DNA of 38,037 bases. Origin: a virus (lineage: Duplodnaviria > Caudoviricetes). Positions 19,338 through 28,275 of the stretch are shown one piece after another. The first letter of the stretch is position 1; every line of letters starts with the position of its first letter. Below the pieces are notes generated by a model that was not told the DNA's origin, did no database searches, and was given only the letters and a program-made list of their open reading frames with translations. The DNA lies in the IMG/VR virus record IMGVR_UViG_3300025267_000047, positions 1-38,037 of that record; one strand, given 5' to 3'. Made by a program: the position numbers and the translations under genes.

Positions 19338-19538
19338 TTATGGTTCATTTCTTAGATCATCTAATTGTTGTTGAATAGCGTCAAGTTTAGAAATTCTCAA
19401 ATCTACGTGATTTTGTACCTCTAGATATTCAGCAACATTTATCATATATTCGTGAACAGATTCTTGTTCAGGTTCTGGTTGAGGAATTTCTTCTAATGGT
19501 TTCTCTAATTCTTTTTTCTTACGTTTGAAGAAACCCAT
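19338..19538 (-). CDS. hypothetical protein
   Basis: 66-aa ORF tiling with neighbours. Confidence 0.55.
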   Translation of the reverse strand: MGFFKRKKKELEKPLEEIPQPEPEQESVHEYMINVAEYLEVQNHVDLRISKLDAIQQQLDDLRNEP

Positions 19539-19808
19539 TTACGCTTGTTCCTTTGTTGGAGTGTGGTCAGTTATATCTACTGCCCATAAATCAAATACTG
19601 TGGCGATTCCGACGACAATACCCTCTTTCACTCCAACGGCGATATCACCATCATATTCCGGGTGGTAAATCATTTCGTATCCATTATCTATCAGAATTTG
19701 TGAAAGATCTCGTTTATCTGTTGCCTCTGCAATTTTCCAGCCTTTACCTTTGTTATAGAGAAAGACATAGAGGAAACGATAATCAGAACCACTCGGAATT
19801 TTCACCAT
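19539..19808 (-). CDS. hypothetical protein
   Basis: 89-aa ORF tiling with neighbours. Confidence 0.6.
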   Translation of the reverse strand: MVKIPSGSDYRFLYVFLYNKGKGWKIAEATDKRDLSQILIDNGYEMIYHPEYDGDIAVGVKEGIVVGIATVFDLWAVDITDHTPTKEQA

Positions 19809-20263
19809 TCGGTTATATAGTAGTCTGAAACGACTTTCACATCCTCACTGTTCGAAATGTTTTCCCATGGTCCTAATGTTTTCGCGTGAGTGCCAGATCG
19901 ATTGATTTTAGCGTTTGACCCACCCACTACACCTTTGTCTTTTTCCACTAAAACAATTTGAACCATTTCATATCGATCATCTAATGGCATGTCTCTAACT
20001 CGATCATATTTCTTAACTTCTTCATAAAAAGTAGTAGCCCATGCCTCAACTACAAATGCATAGGCTTTTGCATTACTCTCCTGTAATTTGTGAAGAACTA
20101 GATGAGAAATCTCATCTTTAGATCCACTTATCCCATATATTCCAAGTTGATTATCTTCAGTGCTTACAATCAATGTGGGAAGAAGGTCGTCATTGGTTAG
20201 ATGGATATTCATTGCGGCCCCTTGTTGGGCCATGTTATGCAAGTCATTAGTTGTGATAATCAT
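19802..20263 (-). CDS. hypothetical protein
   Basis: 153 aa; YAFVVEAW...DDRYE. Confidence 0.65.
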   Translation of the reverse strand: MIITTNDLHNMAQQGAAMNIHLTNDDLLPTLIVSTEDNQLGIYGISGSKDEISHLVLHKLQESNAKAYAFVVEAWATTFYEEVKKYDRVRDMPLDDRYEMVQIVLVEKDKGVVGGSNAKINRSGTHAKTLGPWENISNSEDVKVVSDYYITEW

Positions 20264-20267
20264 GAAG

Positions 20268-20681
20268 TTAACCTTTTAATTTATGTCCTAAATCTCTACA
20301 AGTTCGATTGCAATAAATATTTGAAGATCGAGAAGATCGACTTTTATAGATTGAAGTCATCACAGTTACGGGTTGGTTACACTGGACGCAAAGGAAGGTT
20401 GTTTTCCCTTTTGGATGCCTACATTCTGGGCTACAGTATAACATTCGCCTTCGTGGGACTGGCTGATTACAGGTTAAACAAAGCGATTTAGGTTGACCAT
20501 AAACCCTACCACTCGATCTGGTTGACAAGTTTTCAACGGAAAGGATTTGGCGGATACGTTCTCGTGTATAGCCTACAGCATCCCCAATTTCCCTTAACGT
20601 CATTTCAGGAAAGGCTTTTCGATATTCAACGGCTTGTTTCCATTTAGTGTGTCTGTCTCGGTTAATTGGCTGTGAGTTCAT
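20268..20681 (-). CDS. sigma region-4-like HTH plus zinc-finger protein (paralog 1)
   Basis: TLREIGDAVGYTRERIRQIL; CxxC and YCSxxC repeats. Confidence 0.75.
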   Translation of the reverse strand: MNSQPINRDRHTKWKQAVEYRKAFPEMTLREIGDAVGYTRERIRQILSVENLSTRSSGRVYGQPKSLCLTCNQPVPRRRMLYCSPECRHPKGKTTFLCVQCNQPVTVMTSIYKSRSSRSSNIYCNRTCRDLGHKLKG

Positions 20682-21277
20682 AAAGACATCTCTGAAGCAT
20701 CGGCCTCTTCATCATCGCCCTCGAATTCCATTATCAAGGGAGGGAGTTCATCTGCTTCATCAGCCTGTCGTTTGTCTATCTTATCCTTTGCTTCAATTAA
20801 ATCTAACGCTTCTTGTACGTCAACAGTTTCTGCCTCTTCCGTAGCCACTTCAGCATAGCCTTCAGCTTTAACTGCATCTCGTCCCTCTTGTGCAGGATCG
20901 GTTAGATATTTATCGGTATTATCCACATTTGCTTCTTGGATGATTCCATCCCACTTTTCTTCCAACTCTTCGAGTTTTTTATCTCCTGCACCATATACAG
21001 CAGCAAGTCGTAGTTCTTTAGCTTTTTGATCTTCATCTTTTTCGGCCTTTGTCTTATTCACCTTCGGGGGACGGCCTGGCTTACGTTTTTCAGGGATAAC
21101 ATCTGACCTAGTTGGAGTAACTATCATGTCATTGCTGTCGATGAAATTAACCATCAGTTGTTCTCCAATCATTTCATCAACGATAGTGTCAAAGGCCCAT
21201 TCAGTGACCTCAGCTTGATTCTCATTTTTGACTACCCAACCTGTTAATGTGACCTTATATAATCGTTTACTCGTCAT
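20678..21277 (-). CDS. acidic protein with one AT-hook-like motif
   Basis: KRKPGRPPK; D/E-rich C-terminus; AGGAG RBS. Confidence 0.65.
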   Translation of the reverse strand: MTSKRLYKVTLTGWVVKNENQAEVTEWAFDTIVDEMIGEQLMVNFIDSNDMIVTPTRSDVIPEKRKPGRPPKVNKTKAEKDEDQKAKELRLAAVYGAGDKKLEELEEKWDGIIQEANVDNTDKYLTDPAQEGRDAVKAEGYAEVATEEAETVDVQEALDLIEAKDKIDKRQADEADELPPLIMEFEGDDEEADASEMSL

Positions 21278-21292
21278 TTTTATCGTCTCCTT

Positions 21293-22426
21293 TTAAATTA
21301 ACCCTGTTTCTTTACGTACATACTCCAACATGTTCATGATGGTAGTACCGCCTGCCTTATTCATAACTGGTTTATCTATTCCCTTTCGGTATGATAAAAC
21401 TATTCCCAGCCAATCGGGGTTATCACGGGACCAATCAATTTCGCCTATACGACGAATAACGTCTTCGTAAGTGGATGATCCAATACGTTCTTTACGTGTA
21501 AAGTACAATTCATGGAATACAAGCCCCAAAGTTTGCCAGCCAGAAGCAGTTAGGTGTACATAATCATGATTTTTAAACTGCTCTACACCCATATGTTTTG
21601 CTATTGAGCCAATGAAATATTCTAAGTTAGCTAGAATATCCTTTTGAGTATCTGATGTGAGGTTTGGGTTTTTAACGGAGTGCTTTTGACTACTCGCTTG
21701 AAACGCTCGTCCTTCACACGCTCCACGAACAAACCTTAGTAACACTCTTTGTGCCACAAGACATGTACTTTTCCCACCCAAACTTTGACTATTCTCTTCC
21801 ATACGTCCATAAAAGTTAACGGTAGCAGACGTTCCAAGATCTCCAGTCAGTTGAACATATTGATCTGATAGGTCAAACCGTTTATATAAAGAGACGGGGA
21901 TATCATTTTGTAAGAATTGGAAATTATAAAAAAGTTGCCTCAGTTCACCTAACGTTAAAATTTCTTCTTTTGGTGCAAAAAATGTCACTGGAAATGTAAC
22001 TGAGTCAATTTTTTCCATGTCCATTGAGTCAATAACGGCTTCCATTATTTCTAGGCCATTAAGTAATACCCGTATATTTGTCTCAGCTAATTCTAAATTT
22101 AATTGACCAGCAATACCTTGAGTGTCTGGAAACTCATTAAATACACAGGGCTGAGATATTCCTATTGCAATTGATGGCAATACCCCCATAGTTTCAGTGA
22201 GATTTGTCTTTACGTATTCTGATAAACGACGTTTTTGTCCATTATCATGGTTCAGACTTTTATACATTGTCTGTAATTGAGGGTTGATCGAATTGTGACG
22301 TGGGTCATATCCTAAAATTGGGCGTATGTCATTGGGACGAATCTGAGCTTGAAATGTCTCTAAGGACCCTACTTCCCCTTTGATGGCCGGGATTAATGTG
22401 ACCAATGGACTATGTGAACTTGTCAT
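21293..22426 (-). CDS. DndB/DGQHR-family (ParB-like fold) protein with degenerate signature
   Basis: PAIKGEVG, LGYDPR, LPSIAIG, LRQLFYNF, GWQTLGLVFHEL, IDWSRDNPDW; signature position reads LLNGLEI. Confidence 0.7.
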   Translation of the reverse strand: MTSSHSPLVTLIPAIKGEVGSLETFQAQIRPNDIRPILGYDPRHNSINPQLQTMYKSLNHDNGQKRRLSEYVKTNLTETMGVLPSIAIGISQPCVFNEFPDTQGIAGQLNLELAETNIRVLLNGLEIMEAVIDSMDMEKIDSVTFPVTFFAPKEEILTLGELRQLFYNFQFLQNDIPVSLYKRFDLSDQYVQLTGDLGTSATVNFYGRMEENSQSLGGKSTCLVAQRVLLRFVRGACEGRAFQASSQKHSVKNPNLTSDTQKDILANLEYFIGSIAKHMGVEQFKNHDYVHLTASGWQTLGLVFHELYFTRKERIGSSTYEDVIRRIGEIDWSRDNPDWLGIVLSYRKGIDKPVMNKAGGTTIMNMLEYVRKETGLI

Positions 22427-22436
22427 GGAACCTCTT

Positions 22437-22889
22437 TTAAATATTTGGATTTGGTGGAAGGTCTAAACCTTCTAGCTTTAGAAAGGATAGGGGCGGATGC
22501 CATCCTAGATTTGTTATTTTATCTTTTAGGTATTGTGGCAACTCTTCTCCATGACGTTTGTATTCCTCTACTAATTCCTCTAACGTACAGAATCCATATT
22601 TTTCATTCCTATATAGGTCAATTTGTTCTTTGTCCCAATCAGTTTGTCTGTTGTACCAATCATTCCACGACTCTGTCGGTTTCAATTTTTTTTCTTCTTC
22701 TGCTAATTCTTCTTCTCGTTTGTATTCTTCCTCTAATTCTGCATAGTGTTTGATACTTTCTTTGACGCATTTTGTCTCAGTGACGTGGTCAGCTTCAGAA
22801 CAATCACACCACCCACATTCCTCACAAACACCATGCCCAAACATAGGGCCACAACTTCCGCAATGTAAATCACCGCACATACATGTCAT
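22437..22889 (-). CDS. hypothetical protein with Cys-rich N-terminus
   Basis: CMCGDLHCGSCG...CEECGWCDC. Confidence 0.6.
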   Translation of the reverse strand: MTCMCGDLHCGSCGPMFGHGVCEECGWCDCSEADHVTETKCVKESIKHYAELEEEYKREEELAEEEKKLKPTESWNDWYNRQTDWDKEQIDLYRNEKYGFCTLEELVEEYKRHGEELPQYLKDKITNLGWHPPLSFLKLEGLDLPPNPNI

Positions 22890-22903
22890 AATTTTTTCCT
22901 ACT

Positions 22904-23152
22904 TTAAATATTTGGATTTGGATTTATTTGGATTTCTTCAGTGATGTTAAATACATTTGATTCATGCTCAGGAAATTCAAATTTAGCCGATTTTCTAAAT
23001 TGAATGTCTGCTACCATTTCCGATAATGTTTCAATGGTAATCCAGTTAAATATTTCACCTTGTCCTTTGCAGAGTAGACATATAAGTTCGGTGGGAGTTG
23101 ACCCTTTTCCATTACAGGTAAAGCAAAAATCTTTTATTTGGATTTCAATCAT
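22904..23152 (-). CDS. DnaJ-type zinc-finger (CxxCxGxG) small protein
   Basis: CFTCNGKG...CLLCKGQG. Confidence 0.65.
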   Translation of the reverse strand: MIEIQIKDFCFTCNGKGSTPTELICLLCKGQGEIFNWITIETLSEMVADIQFRKSAKFEFPEHESNVFNITEEIQINPNPNI

Positions 23153-23162
23153 AAAACCTCTC

Positions 23163-23417
23163 TTAATTAAGAATCTTATGAATTATTGGAGCAAACAGCA
23201 TTGAGATTCTTATCCTTAGCCATCGTCGATCCTCGTAACTAAGAAATTTATCTCGGTAAAAATACACTGCTGCTAGAGTGAATCCATTAATCAAGTCAGC
23301 ATAGTTTTGGGCAAGACCATCTTCAGATCTATTATGGTAATTCAATATCAGTAATTCGAGCTCATCGACATCAAAGTTATTCATGACAAAGTCATTGATG
23401 AATGATGGCATCGGCAT
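23163..23417 (-). CDS. hypothetical protein
   Basis: 84-aa ORF tiling with neighbours. Confidence 0.55.
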   Translation of the reverse strand: MPMPSFINDFVMNNFDVDELELLILNYHNRSEDGLAQNYADLINGFTLAAVYFYRDKFLSYEDRRWLRIRISMLFAPIIHKILN

Positions 23418-23432
23418 TGCTATTACCTGAAG

Positions 23433-23783
23433 TTACGGATTAGCCAAGACAGGAATCTTGGTTCTTGTGGCTCTAGCCACCATGTCTTTTGTACCTTTGC
23501 TACCGTCTAGATTATCATGGAAATATACCACTAAATCTGGGTGACCTTCATCAATCATTTGTTGATTTCTAATGGGACCAGCAGACCTATTGAATTCTTC
23601 CCATTTAGCTGGAAATTCAAGAACCTTCATCTTCATAGAGGTTGCCAAGTTTCCAGCTAAACTATCGGCTCCTTTGGCTGCTCCATGAATAATTACATCA
23701 TTGGCTGGATCTAAGGTTTGTAGATAGTCTTGAATTTTTTGCCAATCTTTGTAGTAGCGATCACCACAAATTAAGATATTCAT
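23433..23783 (-). CDS. YspA-like SLOG family (DUF2493) protein
   Basis: ILICGDR, IIHGAAKGAD, SAGPIRNQQM, SKGTKDMV. Confidence 0.85.
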   Translation of the reverse strand: MNILICGDRYYKDWQKIQDYLQTLDPANDVIIHGAAKGADSLAGNLATSMKMKVLEFPAKWEEFNRSAGPIRNQQMIDEGHPDLVVYFHDNLDGSKGTKDMVARATRTKIPVLANP

Positions 23784-24307
23784 TACGATAGCTCTCTTTT
23801 AATACCTTTGGGGCCAAGTGCAAGATTGTAGTTAAAGTCATTAGGTGTTTTCCCATGAACAACATCCCAATACGCATGACTACTACATGAGTGACTACAA
23901 TAGGTTGCCTTATATCGACCATTGGCTACCCGGCGTTGACGACTCTTTGCTTGAGGAATTGTTAAGACATAAGTTTTATTGCAGTAGAAGCATGTTAATT
24001 CAATAGTCTCTTCCTTTGGACGACATTCCGCACTACAATATTTTGGGTAAGATCCACCGCTGTATCCGCTATCATAAGATCTCTCCCTATAAGGGACAAG
24101 TGTTCCACATTTCGGACAAGGCGGACCTTTCTTAAGATGTGCTGGCAGTCTTGAATATGCTGCCTTGGTTGAACGTTGTTCCAAATTCTCACTTATAAGG
24201 ATTTGGCGTACACGTTCTCTAGTTCTATCAACTGCTTGACCGATCTTGTCTAATGTCCAATCTGGATGATTAGTTCGAAGGTCAATTACCGTTTGTCTTG
24301 TCGTCAT
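23783..24307 (-). CDS. sigma region-4-like HTH plus zinc-finger protein (paralog 2)
   Basis: WTLDKIGQAVDRTRERVRQIL; CPKC, YCSAEC, CFYC, YCSHSC. Confidence 0.75.
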   Translation of the reverse strand: MTTRQTVIDLRTNHPDWTLDKIGQAVDRTRERVRQILISENLEQRSTKAAYSRLPAHLKKGPPCPKCGTLVPYRERSYDSGYSGGSYPKYCSAECRPKEETIELTCFYCNKTYVLTIPQAKSRQRRVANGRYKATYCSHSCSSHAYWDVVHGKTPNDFNYNLALGPKGIKRELS

Positions 24308-24872
24308 TTTTACTGTCCTTTTTAAAGGTTTGAGTCATTGGTTGCTTTAGTGAATATTCAAGAATGTTAGATTTTTCGCCTTTAACGATAGCCCAATATT
24401 CTTTACTTCGGCATGAGTGGCTACAATAGATAGCCTTATTTCGTTCTAAATCTCTGATAGCATCAGATTTCCGTAGGGTGATTATCTTTTTACAATAAGC
24501 ACATGCCCTATCAACACGATAATAATCGCTACGGCAAATCTGATTACAATATACGGGATATGCCCCACTTCTGGATTGACCTTTGACCGTCTTGATAACA
24601 TATGGGACGGGTGTTCCACACTGTTTACACGGTTGCCCCCGTTTTAAATGAATGGGTTGACGCGCATACACGGCTTTAGAGGATCGTGGTTCCATTCCCG
24701 CCTTTACGAGAATTTGACGCACACGTTCTCTCGTCCGATCAACTTCAAGCCCAATTTGGTTAAGAGTCCATTTTGGATTAGCCTTACGTAATTCTATAAC
24801 CGTTGTACGTATGCGAATCGACTCTTCTGATTCAATCCCTTCAGGACGGCCCCGTTTGTTTGAATTAGTCAT
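24282..24872 (-). CDS. sigma region-4-like HTH plus zinc-finger protein (paralog 3)
   Basis: WTLNQIGLEVDRTRERVRQIL; CKQC, YCNQIC, CAYC, YCSHSC. Confidence 0.75.
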   Translation of the reverse strand: MTNSNKRGRPEGIESEESIRIRTTVIELRKANPKWTLNQIGLEVDRTRERVRQILVKAGMEPRSSKAVYARQPIHLKRGQPCKQCGTPVPYVIKTVKGQSRSGAYPVYCNQICRSDYYRVDRACAYCKKIITLRKSDAIRDLERNKAIYCSHSCRSKEYWAIVKGEKSNILEYSLKQPMTQTFKKDSKNDDKTNGN

Positions 24873-25155
24873 TAAGTATCCTTTTAAGTTGTTTTACCGT
24901 TATATTGGGACCAACCCAATCCTTGGGGCAGTGTTCCCCACAGCCTGTTTCAGGACAATCTTCATGGAGCCATACCTCAAATGGGACTTCTTCGTGTTGA
25001 CTCTCACAAACCTTACAGTAGATCGATCCTAGCTCCCGTACATAAGGTAGTTGGCTTGAACAGTTCTTACAGTAGCATTCATTACCAGCATGAAGTGGAT
25101 GTCCAGCCGTAAGTGTGTCGGTGTGATATGTATATGTTTCAGTGTTAATTGTCAT
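24865..25155 (-). CDS. Cys-rich hypothetical protein
   Basis: ORF 24865..25218; ATG 25155 preferred (AAGGA upstream). Confidence 0.55.
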   Translation of the reverse strand: MTINTETYTYHTDTLTAGHPLHAGNECYCKNCSSQLPYVRELGSIYCKVCESQHEEVPFEVWLHEDCPETGCGEHCPKDWVGPNITVKQLKRILND

Positions 25156-25165
25156 AAGAATTCCT

Positions 25166-25408
25166 TTATTTAAAAGTATAGGTTCTAGGATTCGCTTTAA
25201 GTTTATTGAAGCCTGCACCAGATGGATTAATCCATAATCTATATGCTTCTTTACGAGCTTGATTTCGAGACGAACAAATCATGATGGCATAAAGAATATC
25301 CTTTGGCAATTGACGATAAGTCATGGCCCAAGGAGAATGAAGCGGATAGGCTTCAACATAGTCCCGGTCTTCATGATTGTATTGAAATATGAGAAATGGT
25401 TTGTTCAT
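25166..25408 (-). CDS. hypothetical protein
   Basis: 80-aa ORF immediately after a promoter. Confidence 0.55.
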   Translation of the reverse strand: MNKPFLIFQYNHEDRDYVEAYPLHSPWAMTYRQLPKDILYAIMICSSRNQARKEAYRLWINPSGAGFNKLKANPRTYTFK

Positions 25409-25423
25409 GATATTTGTCCAATA

Positions 25424-25452
25424 AGTCTATCGCTAAGATATCTCCAAGTCAA
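25424..25452 (-). promoter_or_regulatory. sigma70-type promoter
   Basis: TTGACT-17-TAGACT on the - strand. Confidence 0.65.
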
Positions 25453-26096
25453 ATGCTGAGTGAAAGCTGAACCGCCTTGATGTCCCACCATAAATCATTT
25501 TCAGCTAAACATTCTTTAAAGGTTTTTCCTTTATAAGAGTCAGACTTTATGCCCCGGTCCGGGTCATTATAAAGCCGTAGATAAAGTGGGAATTGTGGAG
25601 AATAGTCCCACTGTTTTTCCCTCTGAGCATTCCAGATAGTTGGATACTGAATCTGAATATCCTGATCATCCCATAAATCAACTCGTAGGTTTATAAAGGA
25701 CTCGTTAGAGCGCCCTTCTCGACGTTCATGACGTAAATCAGTTGCAGGACTGTCCATATACTCATCTATTAAATCTCGAATCTCAAGATCAGAATAGCCA
25801 AGTTTCACATATTTTTGAACATTGAATCCTGCTGGAACTCTTGGAGTTACGAGTGGTGCAAACTGCTTATAAACCAGTTGGGCTGCTTTGAGTTGTGCAT
25901 CTTGTGCAGAATCAGCGGTTATAGATCTATGTAAGAAGAAAGAGTCCGTAGTAGGATGTGTCTCATTGTCATGTGTCAGTCCTACGACATATTCATAAGC
26001 CTTATTGGGCCAATAGGTATTTCCATCAATACGGAATCCTAGGTCTACGGCTCGTTCACTTAAGACTTCATTACTTTCTAAGGTTATTAATTGCAT
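25449..26096 (-). CDS. hypothetical protein
   Basis: 215 aa; GAGGAG RBS. Confidence 0.7.
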   Translation of the reverse strand: MQLITLESNEVLSERAVDLGFRIDGNTYWPNKAYEYVVGLTHDNETHPTTDSFFLHRSITADSAQDAQLKAAQLVYKQFAPLVTPRVPAGFNVQKYVKLGYSDLEIRDLIDEYMDSPATDLRHERREGRSNESFINLRVDLWDDQDIQIQYPTIWNAQREKQWDYSPQFPLYLRLYNDPDRGIKSDSYKGKTFKECLAENDLWWDIKAVQLSLSI

Positions 26097-26393
26097 TTAC
26101 TTTTTCTCCTCGTATTTTTTGACCATGCTGGACCATTCCTTCCTATCAAATATGTGAGTTGTAGATTCAACAATACATTTTTGGAACATTTCTTCAGTCA
26201 TTACTTCAGTGGACAGAGGTCGATCTGGCATACGTTCCCCAAATCCATCTCTATCAATAATCATGATTCCATACAGACCAGCCCATTGAACCCCGGTTTT
26301 GAGCTCATCAGCCATTAGATAACTCCTGTTATCAAACAGACAAATGTAGTCCATACACCAGCCATGATTATAAAGTTTGTGACCATCATCCAA
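26097..26393 (-). CDS. hypothetical protein
   Basis: ORF tiles with neighbours; true start is probably the internal ATG (MADELK) after AGGAG. Confidence 0.5.
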   Translation of the reverse strand: MDDGHKLYNHGWCMDYICLFDNRSYLMADELKTGVQWAGLYGIMIIDRDGFGERMPDRPLSTEVMTEEMFQKCIVESTTHIFDRKEWSSMVKKYEEKK

Positions 26394-26409
26394 GGGTTAA
26401 AAATCTTGT

Positions 26410-26958
26410 TCATAGTGTTAATCTCCTTACTAACCTACAGTCTTCATCTCTACCGTGATACATGGCTTCACCATCACCCACTTCTGCGGCCTCGATTATG
26501 AAGGCTCCACACGCTCCACACCTGTCACCATGATGGATGCATTCATCGCTATCTAAAGCTACCCCATTCACATCAACCTTACCGCAGTCGCAGTCCAATA
26601 ACTCTTCCCCCACATCAAGCTGGAGTAGTCCAGCCTGATAGCCAATCTCCCGACCAAATGCGCTTTTAAATGCAGTAATATTTTTTAATGGGCCGGACAG
26701 ATCACTACCAGATAGATGCCAAATATCATATGGCAGTTCTGCCGGGTTTTCATTGGGGTAGTGATACATCACACCCTCTTTGAGATAGGTGATTAAATCC
26801 TCTAGCGTGTTGCGTGGAATAACCCAATCGGCAGCTAATGCCCCTACTAGGGATTCGTCCACCCCTAGAGTTATCAGGTTGTCTTTATCAGATCTGAATT
26901 GAAGCTCTGCAAATAGAGCCTCACAAATGGCTATCTTATCGGACGGTTGCACTGGCAT
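26410..26958 (-). CDS. hypothetical protein
   Basis: 182 aa; AGGAG RBS; Cys/His-rich C-terminus. Confidence 0.65.
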   Translation of the reverse strand: MPVQPSDKIAICEALFAELQFRSDKDNLITLGVDESLVGALAADWVIPRNTLEDLITYLKEGVMYHYPNENPAELPYDIWHLSGSDLSGPLKNITAFKSAFGREIGYQAGLLQLDVGEELLDCDCGKVDVNGVALDSDECIHHGDRCGACGAFIIEAAEVGDGEAMYHGRDEDCRLVRRLTL

Positions 26959-28213
26959 TTAAGACTCCTTTTCCAATCTGTTCAATGATTCCTACTACCA
27001 AGGCATTGCCCATCAAAAAGGCTCTTTGCCCATCAGTAATGTTTTTGTCAGGACAGCCCTCAAGACTGGTCCACTCATCAGGGAATCCATTAAGACGTTC
27101 CAATTCAACAGGAGTTAATCGACGGTAACGACCATCTTCTGTTTGAATGACATGCTTGAACCGGGATGGGGATGTTCCACCCTCACCTGTCACTATCGTG
27201 CGAGAGGGCCGATTTAAAGCGTCTGGGAAGGTTACAGCCCCCTCAGAGTACTCCCAAGCGGTTCCTGTCTCCTTATGGACTCTCTGCTCTTTCTTAGACC
27301 CTTTGAGGTACTCCCATCGGCCTAGTTTCTCTTCGGGGATGTAAAAGTCCTCTGGTATGACATTTTTGTCTTGAAGAATCATTTCAAGAGTCTTTTGTGG
27401 GCCTCTATAGACTGGTTCAATCTTCACAGTCCAAACATTCCCACCATAGGCTATACCGACATCCTTAAAGGGGGAGGTTTTAGACACTTTATGGATTCCA
27501 TCCCATACAGTGGATACAGCATGAAGATAGTTAGAGATGTCCTCAATTATTCCATTGCTATCTGTTTCCCACGGTTCTGGTAGGAGTTTAAAGGCACTGG
27601 AGTTTCCCTTTTGATAGTAGGGAAATTCTTTTCTAAGAATGTTTCGATCAGCACGAGAATTATCATTAGCCCGTTTATAGGCCAATATGAATACACGCTT
27701 ACGGCTCTGAGGATACCCATAATCCCCTGCATTGATTACCTGCCATTCCACCACGTAGTTCAAGGCATTGAAACACGCTAGGATAGTGGCGAAATCTCTC
27801 CCACGGTTATTAGTGGGAGTAGAGAGTAATCGACTTACATTCTCTAGTAGCACATAGGTAGGATTCTTTTCTTGTAAGATTCGGAAAATTTCCCACCATA
27901 GGACACCCTTCTTGCCTTGAATCCCCGCAGATTGATTAAGCGGTTTCGCTACGGAGTAATCCTGGCAGGGGAATCCACCAACGAGCAAATCATGATCGGG
28001 TAGGCGAGAGGCGTTAACATTACATATGTCTTCATTGACGAACCCATCATCACCGAATTGATGACGATAGACCTCAGCGGCCCATTGCTTTGTTTTATTA
28101 GGTTCCCACTGGTTACTCCAAGTGACATCCCATCCGGCCTTTTCTAGACCTAATCGGAATCCACCTACTCCAGCAAAGAGTTCGATGCACTTGGGTTGAG
28201 TTGTGTGTTGCAT
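26936..28213 (-). CDS. DNA (cytosine-5) methyltransferase, M.Sau3AI-like
   Basis: ELFAGVGG, NQWEP, GGFPCQDYSVA, GIQGKKGVLWW, LLENV, RGRDF, MGNAL; subfamily recognised from memory. Confidence 0.9.
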   Translation of the reverse strand: MQHTTQPKCIELFAGVGGFRLGLEKAGWDVTWSNQWEPNKTKQWAAEVYRHQFGDDGFVNEDICNVNASRLPDHDLLVGGFPCQDYSVAKPLNQSAGIQGKKGVLWWEIFRILQEKNPTYVLLENVSRLLSTPTNNRGRDFATILACFNALNYVVEWQVINAGDYGYPQSRKRVFILAYKRANDNSRADRNILRKEFPYYQKGNSSAFKLLPEPWETDSNGIIEDISNYLHAVSTVWDGIHKVSKTSPFKDVGIAYGGNVWTVKIEPVYRGPQKTLEMILQDKNVIPEDFYIPEEKLGRWEYLKGSKKEQRVHKETGTAWEYSEGAVTFPDALNRPSRTIVTGEGGTSPSRFKHVIQTEDGRYRRLTPVELERLNGFPDEWTSLEGCPDKNITDGQRAFLMGNALVVGIIEQIGKGVLNASATVR

Positions 28214-28242
28214 GTACAGGTTCCTTTATTTAATATATTTAA

Positions 28243-28271
28243 ATGATACTTAGTTAAGGTCGCCAAGTCAA
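28243..28271 (-). promoter_or_regulatory. sigma70-type promoter
   Basis: TTGACT-17-TATCAT on the - strand. Confidence 0.7.
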
Positions 28272-28275
28272 TAGT

